DNA of 64,000 bases from Myxococcota bacterium (GCA_965250285.1 OZ252299.1:1664001-1728000), one strand, 5' to 3'; positions 17,896-28,333 are shown, numbered from the stretch's first letter. Notes: generated from the sequence alone by a model not told the origin. Program-made: numbers and translations.

Positions 17896-19314
17896 CTAGG
17901 CCGCGCGGTGAATCGACCCGAGCAGTGACGGAGCGCCGATCTTCTCGAAGTGGCTGCTCGACAGCACCACCGGGTCGAGCAGCTCGAGCAGCACACCGAT
18001 GCCGGCCGCCAGGCCGAAGCTCAGCACGATCCCCGGAATCAGGAACATGATCGGCGGGCGTCGGGGACCGGTGGGGACCTGGGCACGATCGAGCATCGTG
18101 ACGCGTGGGCCCTGCTGCGCCGACTCGAGCTCTTCGGCCAGCTCGGCGTCCTGCACCTTCTGCATGAAGTCGAGGTACGTCCCGCGCAGGACCGCGGCGC
18201 GCTCCTCGAGGGCTGAGAGCTCGTTGTCCCACTCTGGAATGCGGTCCAGGCGTGCATCGATCTCGAGCGCTTCGGCCTCTGCGTCGGCCAGGCGTTCCCG
18301 CAGCTGGTTGCGGTCACGCAGTGAGGTATCGAGTTCGTCCTGCACGTCGTCGCGCCGCAACGTGCTGAGGCGCGAGATCTCGCTCACCTCGTCTTCGAGC
18401 AGCGCGATCCGCCGGCGCAGCGAGATGACGTTGGGATGCTCGTCAGTGTGGATGCTCAGCTCGTGCGCGAGCTTGAGCCGAAGGTCGATCAGCGCGCCCT
18501 CGGGCCCGGATTGCTCGTTCTGGGTGGCCTGGAGGTCCGCGATCCGATCATCGCTGTCGGCCAGCTGCTCGACGACCGAGGCGCGGAGATCGTTCAGGCG
18601 CTGGAGGCGATTCAGCAGCGTGGCCATGTCGCTGGGGAGCTCCCCCCGATGCTCGCGCTGGAAGTTGGCGATCTGCTCGTTCGCCGCGGCAAGCTCGGAT
18701 TCAGCGCGTTTCTGCTCTCGCCGCAGGAACTCGGTGGTGAGCCGCGCCTGCTCGTTTCGACGCCGGAGGCTCGCGTTGATGAACATGGCCGCCAGATCGT
18801 CGGTGACCTTGGCCGTCTCGACGGGTTCGAGATAAACGAAACGCACCTCGAAGACGCTCGAGCCGTCGGTGCGACGAGATGCCTGACCTCGCATCGGCTG
18901 AATCGTGATGTTCGCGCGCATCATCTCGATGACGCTCTGCTGGACACGTGTCTGCCGGGCCTCGGGGTAGAGGTCGTACTTCTCGATGAGGCTCGTCAGA
19001 TTTCGCGAAGAGAGCACTTCGCCGAGCATGGCGTTGATATTGGAGAACGAGTCTTCGCGCACCGTCGACCGGACGAAGTCTTCGGGGATCTGTTGGCTCG
19101 TGATCACGACTGTCGCTTTCGACTCGTAGGTCGGTGTCAGCTGCGAGACGAATGCGAAGGTGGCGATCAGGGCGGCGATCAAGCCCAACAAGATCCAGAG
19201 CCAGCGGCGTCGGATGACGCCGATCGGGTCGAGTGCCAGTGCCATCAGCTGCCGCGCGATGTCGGTTCCGAGATCTTCTCGCTCTTCGATGTCCCACTGC
19301 ATCGGATCGCTCAT
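17896..19314 (-). CDS. Polysaccharide chain-length determinant (Wzz/GumC; Wzc membrane module)
   Basis: RRRWLW plus TM, QQIPEDFVRSTV, coiled coil, TDEHPNV, Pro-rich motif plus C-terminal TM. Confidence 0.88.
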   Translation of the reverse strand: MSDPMQWDIEEREDLGTDIARQLMALALDPIGVIRRRWLWILLGLIAALIATFAFVSQLTPTYESKATVVITSQQIPEDFVRSTVREDSFSNINAMLGEVLSSRNLTSLIEKYDLYPEARQTRVQQSVIEMMRANITIQPMRGQASRRTDGSSVFEVRFVYLEPVETAKVTDDLAAMFINASLRRRNEQARLTTEFLRREQKRAESELAAANEQIANFQREHRGELPSDMATLLNRLQRLNDLRASVVEQLADSDDRIADLQATQNEQSGPEGALIDLRLKLAHELSIHTDEHPNVISLRRRIALLEDEVSEISRLSTLRRDDVQDELDTSLRDRNQLRERLADAEAEALEIDARLDRIPEWDNELSALEERAAVLRGTYLDFMQKVQDAELAEELESAQQGPRVTMLDRAQVPTGPRRPPIMFLIPGIVLSFGLAAGIGVLLELLDPVVLSSSHFEKIGAPSLLGSIHRAA

Positions 19315-20312
19315 GATGCCCCGCCTTCGGACGTCGTGGTCTCGTCTTCGTCCGGGCCGTAGCCATAGCCGTAGGCGTAGTAGTCGCGCTGGTGCTTCTC
19401 GGTCGAGGCGGCGTTGAGGATCTTGCCGAGGATCTGCTCGGGCGGAAGCATCGAGATCATCTTGCGGAACATGCGAACCCGCGTGACGCCTGAGTGGGCG
19501 ACCGTCACGCAAGCATCGGCGTGACGCAGAACCAGTGTGGTGTCCGGCACGAGAAGGGTGGGCGGCGAGTCGATGACCACGATCTCGTAGCGCGCGTGGA
19601 GTTCCTGCATGACCCGTTGGAATCCGTCACCGACGAGTAGCTCGTGCGCGTTCGGGCGCGGCTTCGATGTCGGGTACACGTCGATGCGCGGAGCACTCAT
19701 CGGGTGACACGCATCGGCGAGCGGAATCTGCCCGAGGATCGCCTCGTCGATGCCGGTCTGGGCGTCGATCCCGAGGCGCCGGCCGATGGACGGATTGCGC
19801 AGGTCGAAGTCGACGAGCGCGATGCCGCGACCGCTCGACACCGACGCCAGGGCGATCGCGAGATTGCACGACACTGTCGTCTTGCCTTCGTTTCGAAGGG
19901 CACTCGCGACCAGCACGCTGCGTGCGGTGCGGCGATCCATCTCGGACTTGAGGCGAAGCGCGAGATGTCGGGCGTGGTCGACGTTCGGGGCAGTGCCATC
20001 CAGATGGATCGGCGGAAACTCGTCCGCGCCGTGCTCCGCCGACCCAGGCCGGCTCGCGGGCTGCGGCGTCGCCTCGTGCGGCAGATCGGCTGCGGGTCGG
20101 GGGTCGAGTGCGGGGGTGGGCCCCGGGGCGGGCGTGGGCACGGGAGGCACCGTCGGCGGACGCGCCGCAGGCGAGGGCGCTTCAGTCGCCCAGCCGCGGG
20201 CCACCTCGTCCGCGTGCTGCTCGGCATCACGAGCGGGCGGGGACGGAGCCGATTGGCGCGCGCGGTCCCGCTCCTCGTTCGCCTTTCTCAGCGCGTCGGC
20301 GATCTCCCCCAC
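19311..20312 (-). CDS. CpsD/CapB-family bacterial tyrosine kinase
   Basis: Walker A ALRNEGKTT, LVDFDLRNP, IDSPP, C-terminal Tyr cluster YYAYGYGY. Confidence 0.9.
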   Translation of the reverse strand: MGEIADALRKANEERDRARQSAPSPPARDAEQHADEVARGWATEAPSPAARPPTVPPVPTPAPGPTPALDPRPAADLPHEATPQPASRPGSAEHGADEFPPIHLDGTAPNVDHARHLALRLKSEMDRRTARSVLVASALRNEGKTTVSCNLAIALASVSSGRGIALVDFDLRNPSIGRRLGIDAQTGIDEAILGQIPLADACHPMSAPRIDVYPTSKPRPNAHELLVGDGFQRVMQELHARYEIVVIDSPPTLLVPDTTLVLRHADACVTVAHSGVTRVRMFRKMISMLPPEQILGKILNAASTEKHQRDYYAYGYGYGPDEDETTTSEGGAS

Positions 20313-20380
20313 TCACCGCTCCTCGATCGGCCGCGGCGCCTGGGCGTACACGGCGCGGCATGAAGCTTCGCAGAGCATGA

Positions 20381-21223
20381 TCAGAGGCTCAGCTCGCGGG
20401 CGACGCCCGATGCGCGCGAGGCGCTCATCGACTTGGCCTTCTCTTCGACGAAAGCCACGGGGATCGGACGCATCTCCTTGGCGTAGGCCGAGAGCATCAC
20501 GCGATCGGCGAGCAGGCTGATCAGTCGAGGGCACCCGCCCGAGAACGAGTGGAAGGCCGACTCGACGCCGGGGGCGAAGACCTCCTCGATGCGTCCGCCG
20601 GCGACGGCGATGCGGTGCGCGAGGTAGGGGTAGATCTCGGCACCCGACAGGGGCTCCATGTGGTGCTCGACGGCGATGCGCTGTCGCAGCTGCCGCAGCT
20701 GCGGGGTCGCGAGCTTGCGGATCAGCTCGGGCTGTCCGGTGAGCACGATCTGCATGAGCTTCTCGGTGTCGGTCTCGAGGTTCGAGAGCAGCCGCACCTC
20801 TTCGAGGGTCTCGGCGTCGAGGTTCTGCGCCTCGTCGATGATCAACACCGTGTTGCGACCCTGTCGGAGCCGTTCCAGCAGCATGCGATTGAGCGCGATC
20901 AGGTAGTCGGCGGTCGACTCGAAGTGGCCTTCGAGGCCGAACTCGGCTGCGATGAGCTTCAGCAGGTCGGTCGGGCTGATGCCGATCGTATTCAGGACGA
21001 GCGCGGTGTCCGTATTCGGCGGAATTTGCTGGAGCGCGGCGCGAAGCAGCGTGGTCTTGCCCGTGCCGACCTCGCCGGTCAGCAGCAAGAAGCCCTTGTG
21101 GCGCGTGATGCCGTAGACGAGGGTCGCCAAGCCCTCCTGGTGGGTCTCGGAGAGCCACAGGAATCTGGGATCGGGCGTGAGCGAGAAAGGCTGCTCACGG
21201 AAGCCGAAAAAGCTCTCGTACAT
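20381..21223 (-). CDS. ExeA/GspA-type ATPase (PEP-CTERM locus)
   Basis: MYESFFGFREQPFSLTPDPRF, GEVGTGKTT, IIDEAQNL, LTGQPEL, QLRQRI. Confidence 0.92.
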   Translation of the reverse strand: MYESFFGFREQPFSLTPDPRFLWLSETHQEGLATLVYGITRHKGFLLLTGEVGTGKTTLLRAALQQIPPNTDTALVLNTIGISPTDLLKLIAAEFGLEGHFESTADYLIALNRMLLERLRQGRNTVLIIDEAQNLDAETLEEVRLLSNLETDTEKLMQIVLTGQPELIRKLATPQLRQLRQRIAVEHHMEPLSGAEIYPYLAHRIAVAGGRIEEVFAPGVESAFHSFSGGCPRLISLLADRVMLSAYAKEMRPIPVAFVEEKAKSMSASRASGVARELSL

Positions 21224-21231
21224 TGCCGTTC

Positions 21232-22116
21232 CTATTCGGCCTTTCGGATTCGCCCGGATGGTAGTCCAATCGGGGAGCCATTCCCCGAGTCTGCGTCGAA
21301 TGAGTCCGCGCAGGAGCCCTCGGCACGGTTGTAGGTGCCGCGAGGCCGCCGACAGGTGATGCCGGTTTCGGCTTTGGACCCCGGTCGCAGGCTCCCGTTC
21401 TCGTCGGATTGCAGCGGGTCGCGCTCGTCCATAACCCCATCCGGAGCGGTCTCAGCGCCCGCAAGGTGCGCCGTCGAGGCGCGTTCGACCGGCCAGCGCC
21501 GCTCAATCTGCCCGACGAGCCCGGATCGGAACGATGCGAGTCGAGAGCGCGCGGCCGCTGCGTCAGCACGGCTCGCGATCGGCGTACTGATTCGAATGAG
21601 CGCCCCGTCCGCCCGCCCGGTCGTGAGCTTTCCGATCACCCGATCGACACCGAGGTCGACGCCGCCGGTCAGGCCCCCGCGCCGGTGCGACCGGAACCAG
21701 AAGTGCACCAGCCGGTGCTCGCCTCCGCGTTCGACGAGGAACTCGCGAATCGACCCGTCGGCGACGGGCAGGACCCGGGTCTCGAGCAGCTCCCAGCCGG
21801 CGCCGGTGTAGCAGCCGCGCGGCGTGTGCTCCGGACGTCCACCACGTTCCGTCGAGTAGTAGCCGACGTACAGCCAGATCAGCTGACCGGTCGGATGTCG
21901 GTATGCGCGCTGCACGTTGAAGTCGGCATCGAGCTCGTCGGCGACACGATCATCGACTTCGAGCTCGATCGAGTCCCACGCATCGACCTGCCGCGGAAGG
22001 GAAGCCAAAGGGGTGACGTCGACCTCGAGCGGCGGCTGCAGTCGCATCCACCATGCGAAGCCGCCGCCCGCGACGAGCGCAGCACACAGCAGAATCAGCG
22101 CGACTCGCTCGCTCAT
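21232..22116 (-). CDS. epsI: EpsI family (exosortase-associated) protein
   Basis: N-terminal TM; LYVGYY, HTPRGCYTGAGW, DGALIRIS. Confidence 0.85.
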   Translation of the reverse strand: MSERVALILLCAALVAGGGFAWWMRLQPPLEVDVTPLASLPRQVDAWDSIELEVDDRVADELDADFNVQRAYRHPTGQLIWLYVGYYSTERGGRPEHTPRGCYTGAGWELLETRVLPVADGSIREFLVERGGEHRLVHFWFRSHRRGGLTGGVDLGVDRVIGKLTTGRADGALIRISTPIASRADAAAARSRLASFRSGLVGQIERRWPVERASTAHLAGAETAPDGVMDERDPLQSDENGSLRPGSKAETGITCRRPRGTYNRAEGSCADSFDADSGNGSPIGLPSGRIRKAE

Positions 22117-22344
22117 CGGGGCTCCTCGACCAGATCAGACCGATCGTCGTCCAGTCCGTCAGTGCCGGCCAGAGCAACTTTGGTGGCATCTCATTGCCGA
22201 TCCGCGCCCCGAATCTCGCTGATCGTATGTCGACACCCCAGCGGTCGATTTCGTGCGCACGATTCGCGCCGCGCACGACCCGGCGCACCTGCCCATGCCT
22301 CCCATACGGGAGGATCTGACCAGGTTCGCGCGCCGGGCTTCGCC

Positions 22345-23142
22345 TCAGAAGATGGCGGCCGCTGCGGCGGCGCCGGTGCCGGCCGAGAGGAGCTGCTGGA
22401 AGGGGAAGAGCATGACCTGCAGGCCATACCCGACCTTTGCGAGCGCATTCGGAGGCACGATGACCATGTCGCCGCCGCGCACCATGATGTTCTCGGTCAG
22501 GTCGCCCTGCTCGATGCGGGCCAGGTCGATGGTGAACACCCGCGTGATCTCGCCGTTCGTGCGGACGAGGCGGATGTTGCGCTTCGAGGCGAAGATGCTC
22601 GTGCCGCCGCGCAGACCGATCGCCTCCGAGAGCCGCGTGTCGCTCGTGAGCGGGAACGTGCCCGGAAGCGCCACCTCGCCGAGAACCGTGATCGAGAGGC
22701 TCTGGGACTGCACGATCGACACCGTGGCTCGCGCATCCCGCTTGAATCGGCGGACGCGCTGCTGGATCTCCGCGCCGATCTCTTCCGTGGTGCGCCCGGC
22801 GGCCTGCACGTCGCCGATCAGGTCGATCGAGATCATGCCGTCGGGGCGGACGACGACCTCACGATCGAGAATGGGGTCGGGGAGGATCGTGACCAGCAGG
22901 ATGTCGGGCGGGCCGACCTTGTACGTGGCCTCGTCGGGCCGGGCCGGCGGCGGCATCGGCTTGGGTACCGTGCAGGCAGACGCGATGAGTGCTGCCAGCA
23001 CGAGCAATGCGAGTCGACCGGCGTCGCCTCGTCGGACGGTGGTGAGGCCTGTGGCCCCGGGCCGGCGGGTGCGCCGAGCTACGACACAGAGCAGGGCGCC
23101 GGCGAGTCGCCCCGGGAGCGACGGGCGGATGTGATGGCGCAT
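22345..23142 (-). CDS. Polysaccharide export lipoprotein (Wza/SLBB)
   Basis: Lipobox ASAC; YKVGPPDIL, VRPDGMISIDLIGDVQAAGRT, VLGEV..PG, GDMVIVP; start uncertain. Confidence 0.88.
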   Translation of the reverse strand: MRHHIRPSLPGRLAGALLCVVARRTRRPGATGLTTVRRGDAGRLALLVLAALIASACTVPKPMPPPARPDEATYKVGPPDILLVTILPDPILDREVVVRPDGMISIDLIGDVQAAGRTTEEIGAEIQQRVRRFKRDARATVSIVQSQSLSITVLGEVALPGTFPLTSDTRLSEAIGLRGGTSIFASKRNIRLVRTNGEITRVFTIDLARIEQGDLTENIMVRGGDMVIVPPNALAKVGYGLQVMLFPFQQLLSAGTGAAAAAAIF

Positions 23143-23338
23143 GGTGGATCCCCCCTCCATCCGGCCCGTGCCGGACGCGGTTGCGTTCTTCCCGCACGCC
23201 GGCAAAAGCCGCCGTACATGGGGGCGCACCCTACAAGAACCGAGGATGCGACGCGCCCCTGTCGCGCGTGGGATGCCCGACTGCCCGTCGCCGTCCGAAG
23301 AGTGGGGGGTGGGACGAGGTCGGTCGGGCCGCGCTGGA

Positions 23339-23686
23339 TCAGCCGTCCGAGATGGCCTCCGCCGAGGCGCCCTCGTAGAACGTGAATTTCGTGTGGCCGA
23401 TCTGGATCTCGTCGCCGCTCTCGAGCGTGGCGGATCGCACCCGCTTGCCGTTGACCTTGGTTCCGTTGGTCGACTGGAGATCTTCGACGCAGTACTCGCT
23501 CGCTTCGGGCTCCCACAGGATCAGCGCGTGCTCTCGGCTGATGCCGTCGTCGAGAAGCGTGATGTCGGTGGTGGGGTTTCGGCCGATCAGGGTCTCTTCC
23601 TCGCTGATCGGGTAGACCATGCCCTCGAATCCGCCGTTCTGGATCACCAGCTTCGCTACGCGCTGTGCGCCGTCCTGTGTCGCCAT
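23339..23686 (-). CDS. FHA domain protein
   Basis: IGR, ISREHA, DLQSTNGTKVNG, GDEIQIG. Confidence 0.92.
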   Translation of the reverse strand: MATQDGAQRVAKLVIQNGGFEGMVYPISEEETLIGRNPTTDITLLDDGISREHALILWEPEASEYCVEDLQSTNGTKVNGKRVRSATLESGDEIQIGHTKFTFYEGASAEAISDG

Positions 23687-23848
23687 GCCCCTCACCACGA
23701 TCGTGTCGCCGGACGATAGATCCGGCGCTCTCCAGGTATCGGCGGAGCCGGCAGAGGGCTTGAGAGGCGTCCAGGCCGCTCAGGCGGGGCGCGCGAAGGC
23801 CGCGCGAGCGACCGAGGCTGCCGGCTGCTCAGGGGCCCGCCTCAGGGC

Positions 23849-24664
23849 CTACAGGCGCCGATTGCGCAGCGCGGGGATGGCCCCTCGCACTCGGTCGACT
23901 TGATCGGGGTCGACGTCGGCGAGGAGCACCGCCGGATCGTCGCCCGCCTGGGCGCGCACGACGCCCCAGGGATCGATGATCATCGAGTGGCCGTGGCTGC
24001 GCCGATCGGGCGTGTGCTGGCCGCACTGCGCAGGTGCGATGACGAAGCACTGCGACTCGATCGCCCGTGCCCGGAGCAACACCTCCCAGTGCGCCTTGCC
24101 GGTCTCGGGCGTGAAAGCGCTCGGAACGGCCAGGATGCGCGCACCGGCGTCCACCATGTGCCGGTACAGCTCGGCGAATCGCAGGTCGTAGCAGACGGAC
24201 AGGCCGAGCCCGCCCCACGGCGTCTTGGTGACGACGACGTCCTCGCCCGGTGCAAAGTGGCGGCTCTCCTGATAGGCGCCGCCTGCGTCGCTGCCGAGAT
24301 CGACGTCGAAGAGGTGGATCTTGCGATAGCGCGCGACCTCTCGACCCTCGGGCGAGAGCACGACGCTCGTGTTGTAGACGCGCGTGTCGCCGGCCGCCGC
24401 TTCGGGGATCGCTTCGGGGAAGGTACCGCCGAGCAGCCAGATGCCGTGCCGGCGCGCCTCCGCCGCGAGGAACGGCACGAGCTCACCGCCCTCGTCCTGC
24501 ACGCACGGGAAGGGCTCTCCTTCACGGCGCATGAACGCGAAGTTCTCGGGCAGGCCGACGAGCTCGGCGCCCATCGAAGCGGCTTCATCGAGCGCGCTGC
24601 GGACCGCGTCGAGGTTCGCATCGAGGTCCGGTGTGCTGCGGAGCTGGATCACGGCCAGGCGCAT
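23849..24664 (-). CDS. Carbon-nitrogen hydrolase (Nit1/deaminated glutathione amidase type)
   Basis: LPENF, YRKIHLFD, SVCYDLRF, AHWEVLLRARAIE, GHSMIIDPWG. Confidence 0.92.
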   Translation of the reverse strand: MRLAVIQLRSTPDLDANLDAVRSALDEAASMGAELVGLPENFAFMRREGEPFPCVQDEGGELVPFLAAEARRHGIWLLGGTFPEAIPEAAAGDTRVYNTSVVLSPEGREVARYRKIHLFDVDLGSDAGGAYQESRHFAPGEDVVVTKTPWGGLGLSVCYDLRFAELYRHMVDAGARILAVPSAFTPETGKAHWEVLLRARAIESQCFVIAPAQCGQHTPDRRSHGHSMIIDPWGVVRAQAGDDPAVLLADVDPDQVDRVRGAIPALRNRRL

Positions 24665-24891
24665 GACTTCGCGCTGTCCTCCTCTGGTCGGGCCCGCGCC
24701 GCCCGGGGGCCCCTCGATCGAGTGCGCGCCGACGTCGCAGGGGCCGACCGTTGCGACCGGATGCGGGCGACTCGGCGGAGCGCTCAGGACCCCACCAGTG
24801 TGGCCAAAGCAGAGCGGGGGCGCCGGCTCGCCGACACCCCCGCTCGATCCAGAGCCACGGCCGGTGGTCGGCCATGGCGTGCGCGCTGCGC

Positions 24892-25908
24892 CTAGGGTCG
24901 GAACTCGGTGGGATCGACCCCGGTTCGGCGGATCACGTCGTAGAAGTCCTTGCGGTCCTTCTTGGCCAGGCGCGCGGCCCGGCTGATGTTGCCCGAGCAG
25001 CGTCGCAGCAGCCCTTCGACGTAGCGCGTCTCGAACGCGCGCTTCGCGTCCTTGAACGAGGGCACGTCGTCGCCCTCGGTCGACAGCATGAGCGCCTCGG
25101 CCGAGAGCGCTGCGCTGCCCGAGAGGTGCACCGCCTGACGCACCCGCTCGCGCAGCTCGCGCGCGTTGCCCGTCCACGGCTCTTCGACGAGCCAGCGCCG
25201 GGCATCCACCGTGAAGCCCACGGGTTCGATCCCCTGCTCGTCGGCCAGCTCACTGAGGAAGTGCGCGGCCAGCGGTAGGATGTCCTCACGACGATCGGCG
25301 AGCGCGGTCAGCTCGATGGTCTGCACGGGCTGTGCGCCGAGCGCGGCCTCGGTGCCGAGCGGCGCCGAGGCGAGCACGCGCGCCCGCAGCGGCGTCGACT
25401 CGCTCGCGCCGTCGCGGGTGAACCGGCCCTCGGCGATCGCCTGACCGAGGCGCGCCCGCAGCGCTGCCGGGAGCAGGTCGACGCGCTCGATGATGAGCGT
25501 GCCCTCCGCGGCTTCGCTGAGCGCACCGGCGGCACCGCTGTTCAGCGGATCGGCCGACGCTTCGACACCGAACAGGTCGCGGGAATGCAGCCCTTCGGCC
25601 GTGGCCAGGGTCGAGAACCCGACGACCGGTCCCGCCGAGCGCGCGCTCCACTCGTGCAGGACATGCGCGATGTGAGCGCGACCCGCGCCCTCGGGTCCGA
25701 GGACGAACACGGGCGAGTCGCTTCGAGCCAGTGTCCCTGCCAGATCCAGCGCATGTTGGACGGCCGCGCTGGCCTTGACCGTTCGTTCGGATCGTCTTTG
25801 CCGTGTCACTAGACTCGAGTCTGCTGCCGCCGCACCGACTTCTTGTCCGCCGGGATTCGGCCCCTGCCCGAGGCCCGACGCGGGCGAGGTCGCTCGATCA
25901 TCGATCAT
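24892..25908 (-). CDS. Degenerate sigma54-activator-like regulator with Fis-type HTH
   Basis: LADRREDILPLA, WTGNAREL, FETRYVEGLL...GNISRAARLA; Walker A/B and GAFTGA degenerate. Confidence 0.82.
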   Translation of the reverse strand: MIDDRATSPASGLGQGPNPGGQEVGAAAADSSLVTRQRRSERTVKASAAVQHALDLAGTLARSDSPVFVLGPEGAGRAHIAHVLHEWSARSAGPVVGFSTLATAEGLHSRDLFGVEASADPLNSGAAGALSEAAEGTLIIERVDLLPAALRARLGQAIAEGRFTRDGASESTPLRARVLASAPLGTEAALGAQPVQTIELTALADRREDILPLAAHFLSELADEQGIEPVGFTVDARRWLVEEPWTGNARELRERVRQAVHLSGSAALSAEALMLSTEGDDVPSFKDAKRAFETRYVEGLLRRCSGNISRAARLAKKDRKDFYDVIRRTGVDPTEFRP

Positions 25909-25946
25909 GGCACGATGCCCCCTGGTGAGAGTTTCCCCCAGGCCCA

Positions 25947-25975
25947 GAAGTATTTGTATTTCGCCACTTTGTCAA
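25947..25975 (-). promoter_or_regulatory. Candidate sigma70 promoter for the activator-like gene
   Basis: Perfect TTGACA on the minus strand (25975-25970) in an AT-rich patch; -10 element imperfect (AATACT/TACTTC). Confidence 0.35.
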
Positions 25976-26234
25976 TCGTTTTTGCGGACGGGCGCCCGCC
26001 CATTCGGGTGGGTGGGGCGTCGCTGAAAGCCGAGCCCGCGGGTGTGCCTTCTTGAAGAGCGGGCGGGAAGTGGCCGGAATGGTTGGGAAAACGAACCGTG
26101 GTCAAAAGCCGTCGCTTCTTGATTCTTCGAGGGCGGAGCTGGCTGGCGCGGGCCCGCTTGTGGCCGGCGCGCCGTGCCGCAAGAATGAACTCGGGCGCCC
26201 TGGGCGGCGCTTCCTGGGCCAGGGGGGGACCATC

Positions 26235-28193
26235 ATGCGCGACGCGGCCGAAGGCCCGAGCGAAACGGCTGGATCGAACGACGCAGGTGGAGCGCCCGCT
26301 GGGAAGGATCGCCGGGTCCGGCTGCTCTCCGATGCCCTGGTCGACCAGATCGCGGCGGGCGAAGTCGTCGAGCGCCCGGCCTCGGTCGTCAAGGAGCTGG
26401 TCGAGAACGCACTCGATGCCGGGGCGACACGCGTGCGAGTCGAGGTGCGAGACGGCGGCGCCGCGTTCATCGGGATCACCGACGACGGTCTCGGCATGTC
26501 GCCCGATGACGTACGCATGGCCCTCATGCGCCACGCGACGAGCAAGCTCCGCGAGAAGGGCGACCTCGAACGCATCCACAGCTTCGGCTTTCGCGGCGAG
26601 GCATTGCCCTCGATCGCGAGTGTTTCGAGGCTGCGCATCCTGAGCCGTGAGCGCGACGCCGACGAGGGCTTCGAGGTGCGGGTCGAGGCGGGTGAAGTGG
26701 TGCGCGAATCGACGGCCGGCGGCCCGGTCGGCACGCGCGTCGAGGTGGCTGATCTCTTCGCGCCGGTGCCGGCGCGGCGCAAGTTCCTCAAGAAGCCCGG
26801 GACCGAATGGAGCCACATCGCCGATTGGCTCGCCCGGCTGGCGCTCTCGCTGCCGGGCGTGCACTTCGAGACTCAGCGCGACGACCGACCGGCGAGCGTG
26901 TGGCCGGCGTGCGAGAGCACGCGCGATCGCATCATGCAGGTGCTGCCCGCGCGCGATGCCGAGACCCTCGTCGAAGTCGAACGCGAAGACGAGACGGGTC
27001 ACTTGCACGCATTCGCCTCGCCCCCAACACACCACCGCGCCAACGGCGAGGGGCTGTACCTCTACGTGAACGGTCGGCCCGTCCGCGACAAGCTGCTGCG
27101 TAGCGCGGTGATCGCGGCCTACCGCGACATCCTGCCCCGAGGTCGGTTTCCGATCGCGGTCGTCTTCTTGACCGTCGCGCCCGAGACCGTCGACGTGAAC
27201 GTGCACCCGGCCAAGTGGGAGGTGCGCTTCACCGAGCCTCAGGCGGTGCATCAGCTCGTGCGGCGCGCCGTGCGCGACGCGATGTCGGATCGGGCGTGGC
27301 TCTCGGGCGGGGGGTCGGCGCCGACCCCTTCGGCGACGACGCCGAATCGATTCGCTTCGACGCCGCCTGCGGTCGCGGGGCCTTCGCCGCCGCTCGCGCC
27401 CCGTGAGAGCCAATCTGCGCATCCGCCCACGCGGACGCCGGCGGAAGGCCGCGCGACGACCACCGACTGGATCTTCGCGCGCGAGGCCGCCGATCGGCTC
27501 GGCGGCGCGGTTGCCGATGCCGGCGACGTGGTCTCGACCCCGGTCGGAGCGCCGACACCGGCCGACGTCGCGAGCGAACAGCGGCCGTTTCGATTCGGCG
27601 AGCTGCAGCGCCTCGGGCAGATCAAGGCCTCGTACATCGCGCTCGAGGGCCCGGCGGGGCTCGTCGTCGTGGATCAACACGCGGCGCACGAGCGCGTGCT
27701 CTACGAACGCCTGCGCGCGACCTGGCTCGAAGCGGGGGTCGAGCGCCAGGCGCTGTTGGTGCCCGTGACCGTCGAGCTGCCGGCGTTGCAGCTCGATGCC
27801 CTCATCGCGGGACGGGCGGCCGTCGAGCAGCTGGGCTTCGAGATCGAGGCCTTCGGCGAGGACGCCGTCGTGGTGCGCGCGGTGCCCGCGCTGCTCACCG
27901 ATCGCGATCCGGAAGGGCTCGTGCGCGAGCTGGCCGAGGAGCTCGAGCGCAGCCCCCTCGATGCGGCGGGCGACGGCGAGCGCATTCGGCTCCTGAGCGC
28001 GGTCGACCGCTTCTTCGCGACGCTCGCCTGTCACTCGGCGCGACGTTTCGGCGATCGTCTCGGACCCGAGGAGCAGCAGGCGATCCTGCGCGCGCTCGAC
28101 GAGATTCCGTGGGCGCCGTCGTGTCCGCATGGGCGGCCGGTCGCGATCGCGTTCGATTGGCCCGACATCGAACGGCGCTTCGACCGGCGCTAG
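26235..28193 (+). CDS. mutL: DNA mismatch repair endonuclease MutL
   Basis: IAAGEVVERPASVVKELVENALDAGA, HATSK, GFRGEAL, DVNVHPAKWEVRF, DQHAAHER, ACH, CPHGRP. Confidence 0.97.
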   Translation: MRDAAEGPSETAGSNDAGGAPAGKDRRVRLLSDALVDQIAAGEVVERPASVVKELVENALDAGATRVRVEVRDGGAAFIGITDDGLGMSPDDVRMALMRHATSKLREKGDLERIHSFGFRGEALPSIASVSRLRILSRERDADEGFEVRVEAGEVVRESTAGGPVGTRVEVADLFAPVPARRKFLKKPGTEWSHIADWLARLALSLPGVHFETQRDDRPASVWPACESTRDRIMQVLPARDAETLVEVEREDETGHLHAFASPPTHHRANGEGLYLYVNGRPVRDKLLRSAVIAAYRDILPRGRFPIAVVFLTVAPETVDVNVHPAKWEVRFTEPQAVHQLVRRAVRDAMSDRAWLSGGGSAPTPSATTPNRFASTPPAVAGPSPPLAPRESQSAHPPTRTPAEGRATTTDWIFAREAADRLGGAVADAGDVVSTPVGAPTPADVASEQRPFRFGELQRLGQIKASYIALEGPAGLVVVDQHAAHERVLYERLRATWLEAGVERQALLVPVTVELPALQLDALIAGRAAVEQLGFEIEAFGEDAVVVRAVPALLTDRDPEGLVRELAEELERSPLDAAGDGERIRLLSAVDRFFATLACHSARRFGDRLGPEEQQAILRALDEIPWAPSCPHGRPVAIAFDWPDIERRFDRR

Positions 28194-28257
28194 CCCGCTC
28201 GACTGGCCCGACATCGAACGGCGCTGCGACCGGCGCTAGCCCGATGGACTGGCCCGA
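28155..28257 (+). repeat. 46-bp tandem repeat (about 2.2 copies) of the mutL 3' end
   Basis: gaYtggcccgacatcgaacggcgctKcgaccggcgctagcccg at 28155 and 28201; partial third copy at 28247. Confidence 0.92.
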
Positions 28258-28333
28258 GTGCTGCGAGCGCCGGGCGGCGACGCGGGGCCGTTTCGGACGT
28301 CTTCCGTCGAGCGGCTGCTAGAGTGCGCGCCCC

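Noticed and set aside
22174..22188. Sigma54 promoter upstream of epsI (TGCCAC-N5-TTGC, minus strand)
   Set aside because: Spacing is right but the near-invariant GG is GC; not supportable without TSS data.
28155..28257. CRISPR array
   Set aside because: Contiguous tandem copies with no unique spacers and no cas genes; the same lack of an array or cas genes applies to the 47.5-kb repeat.
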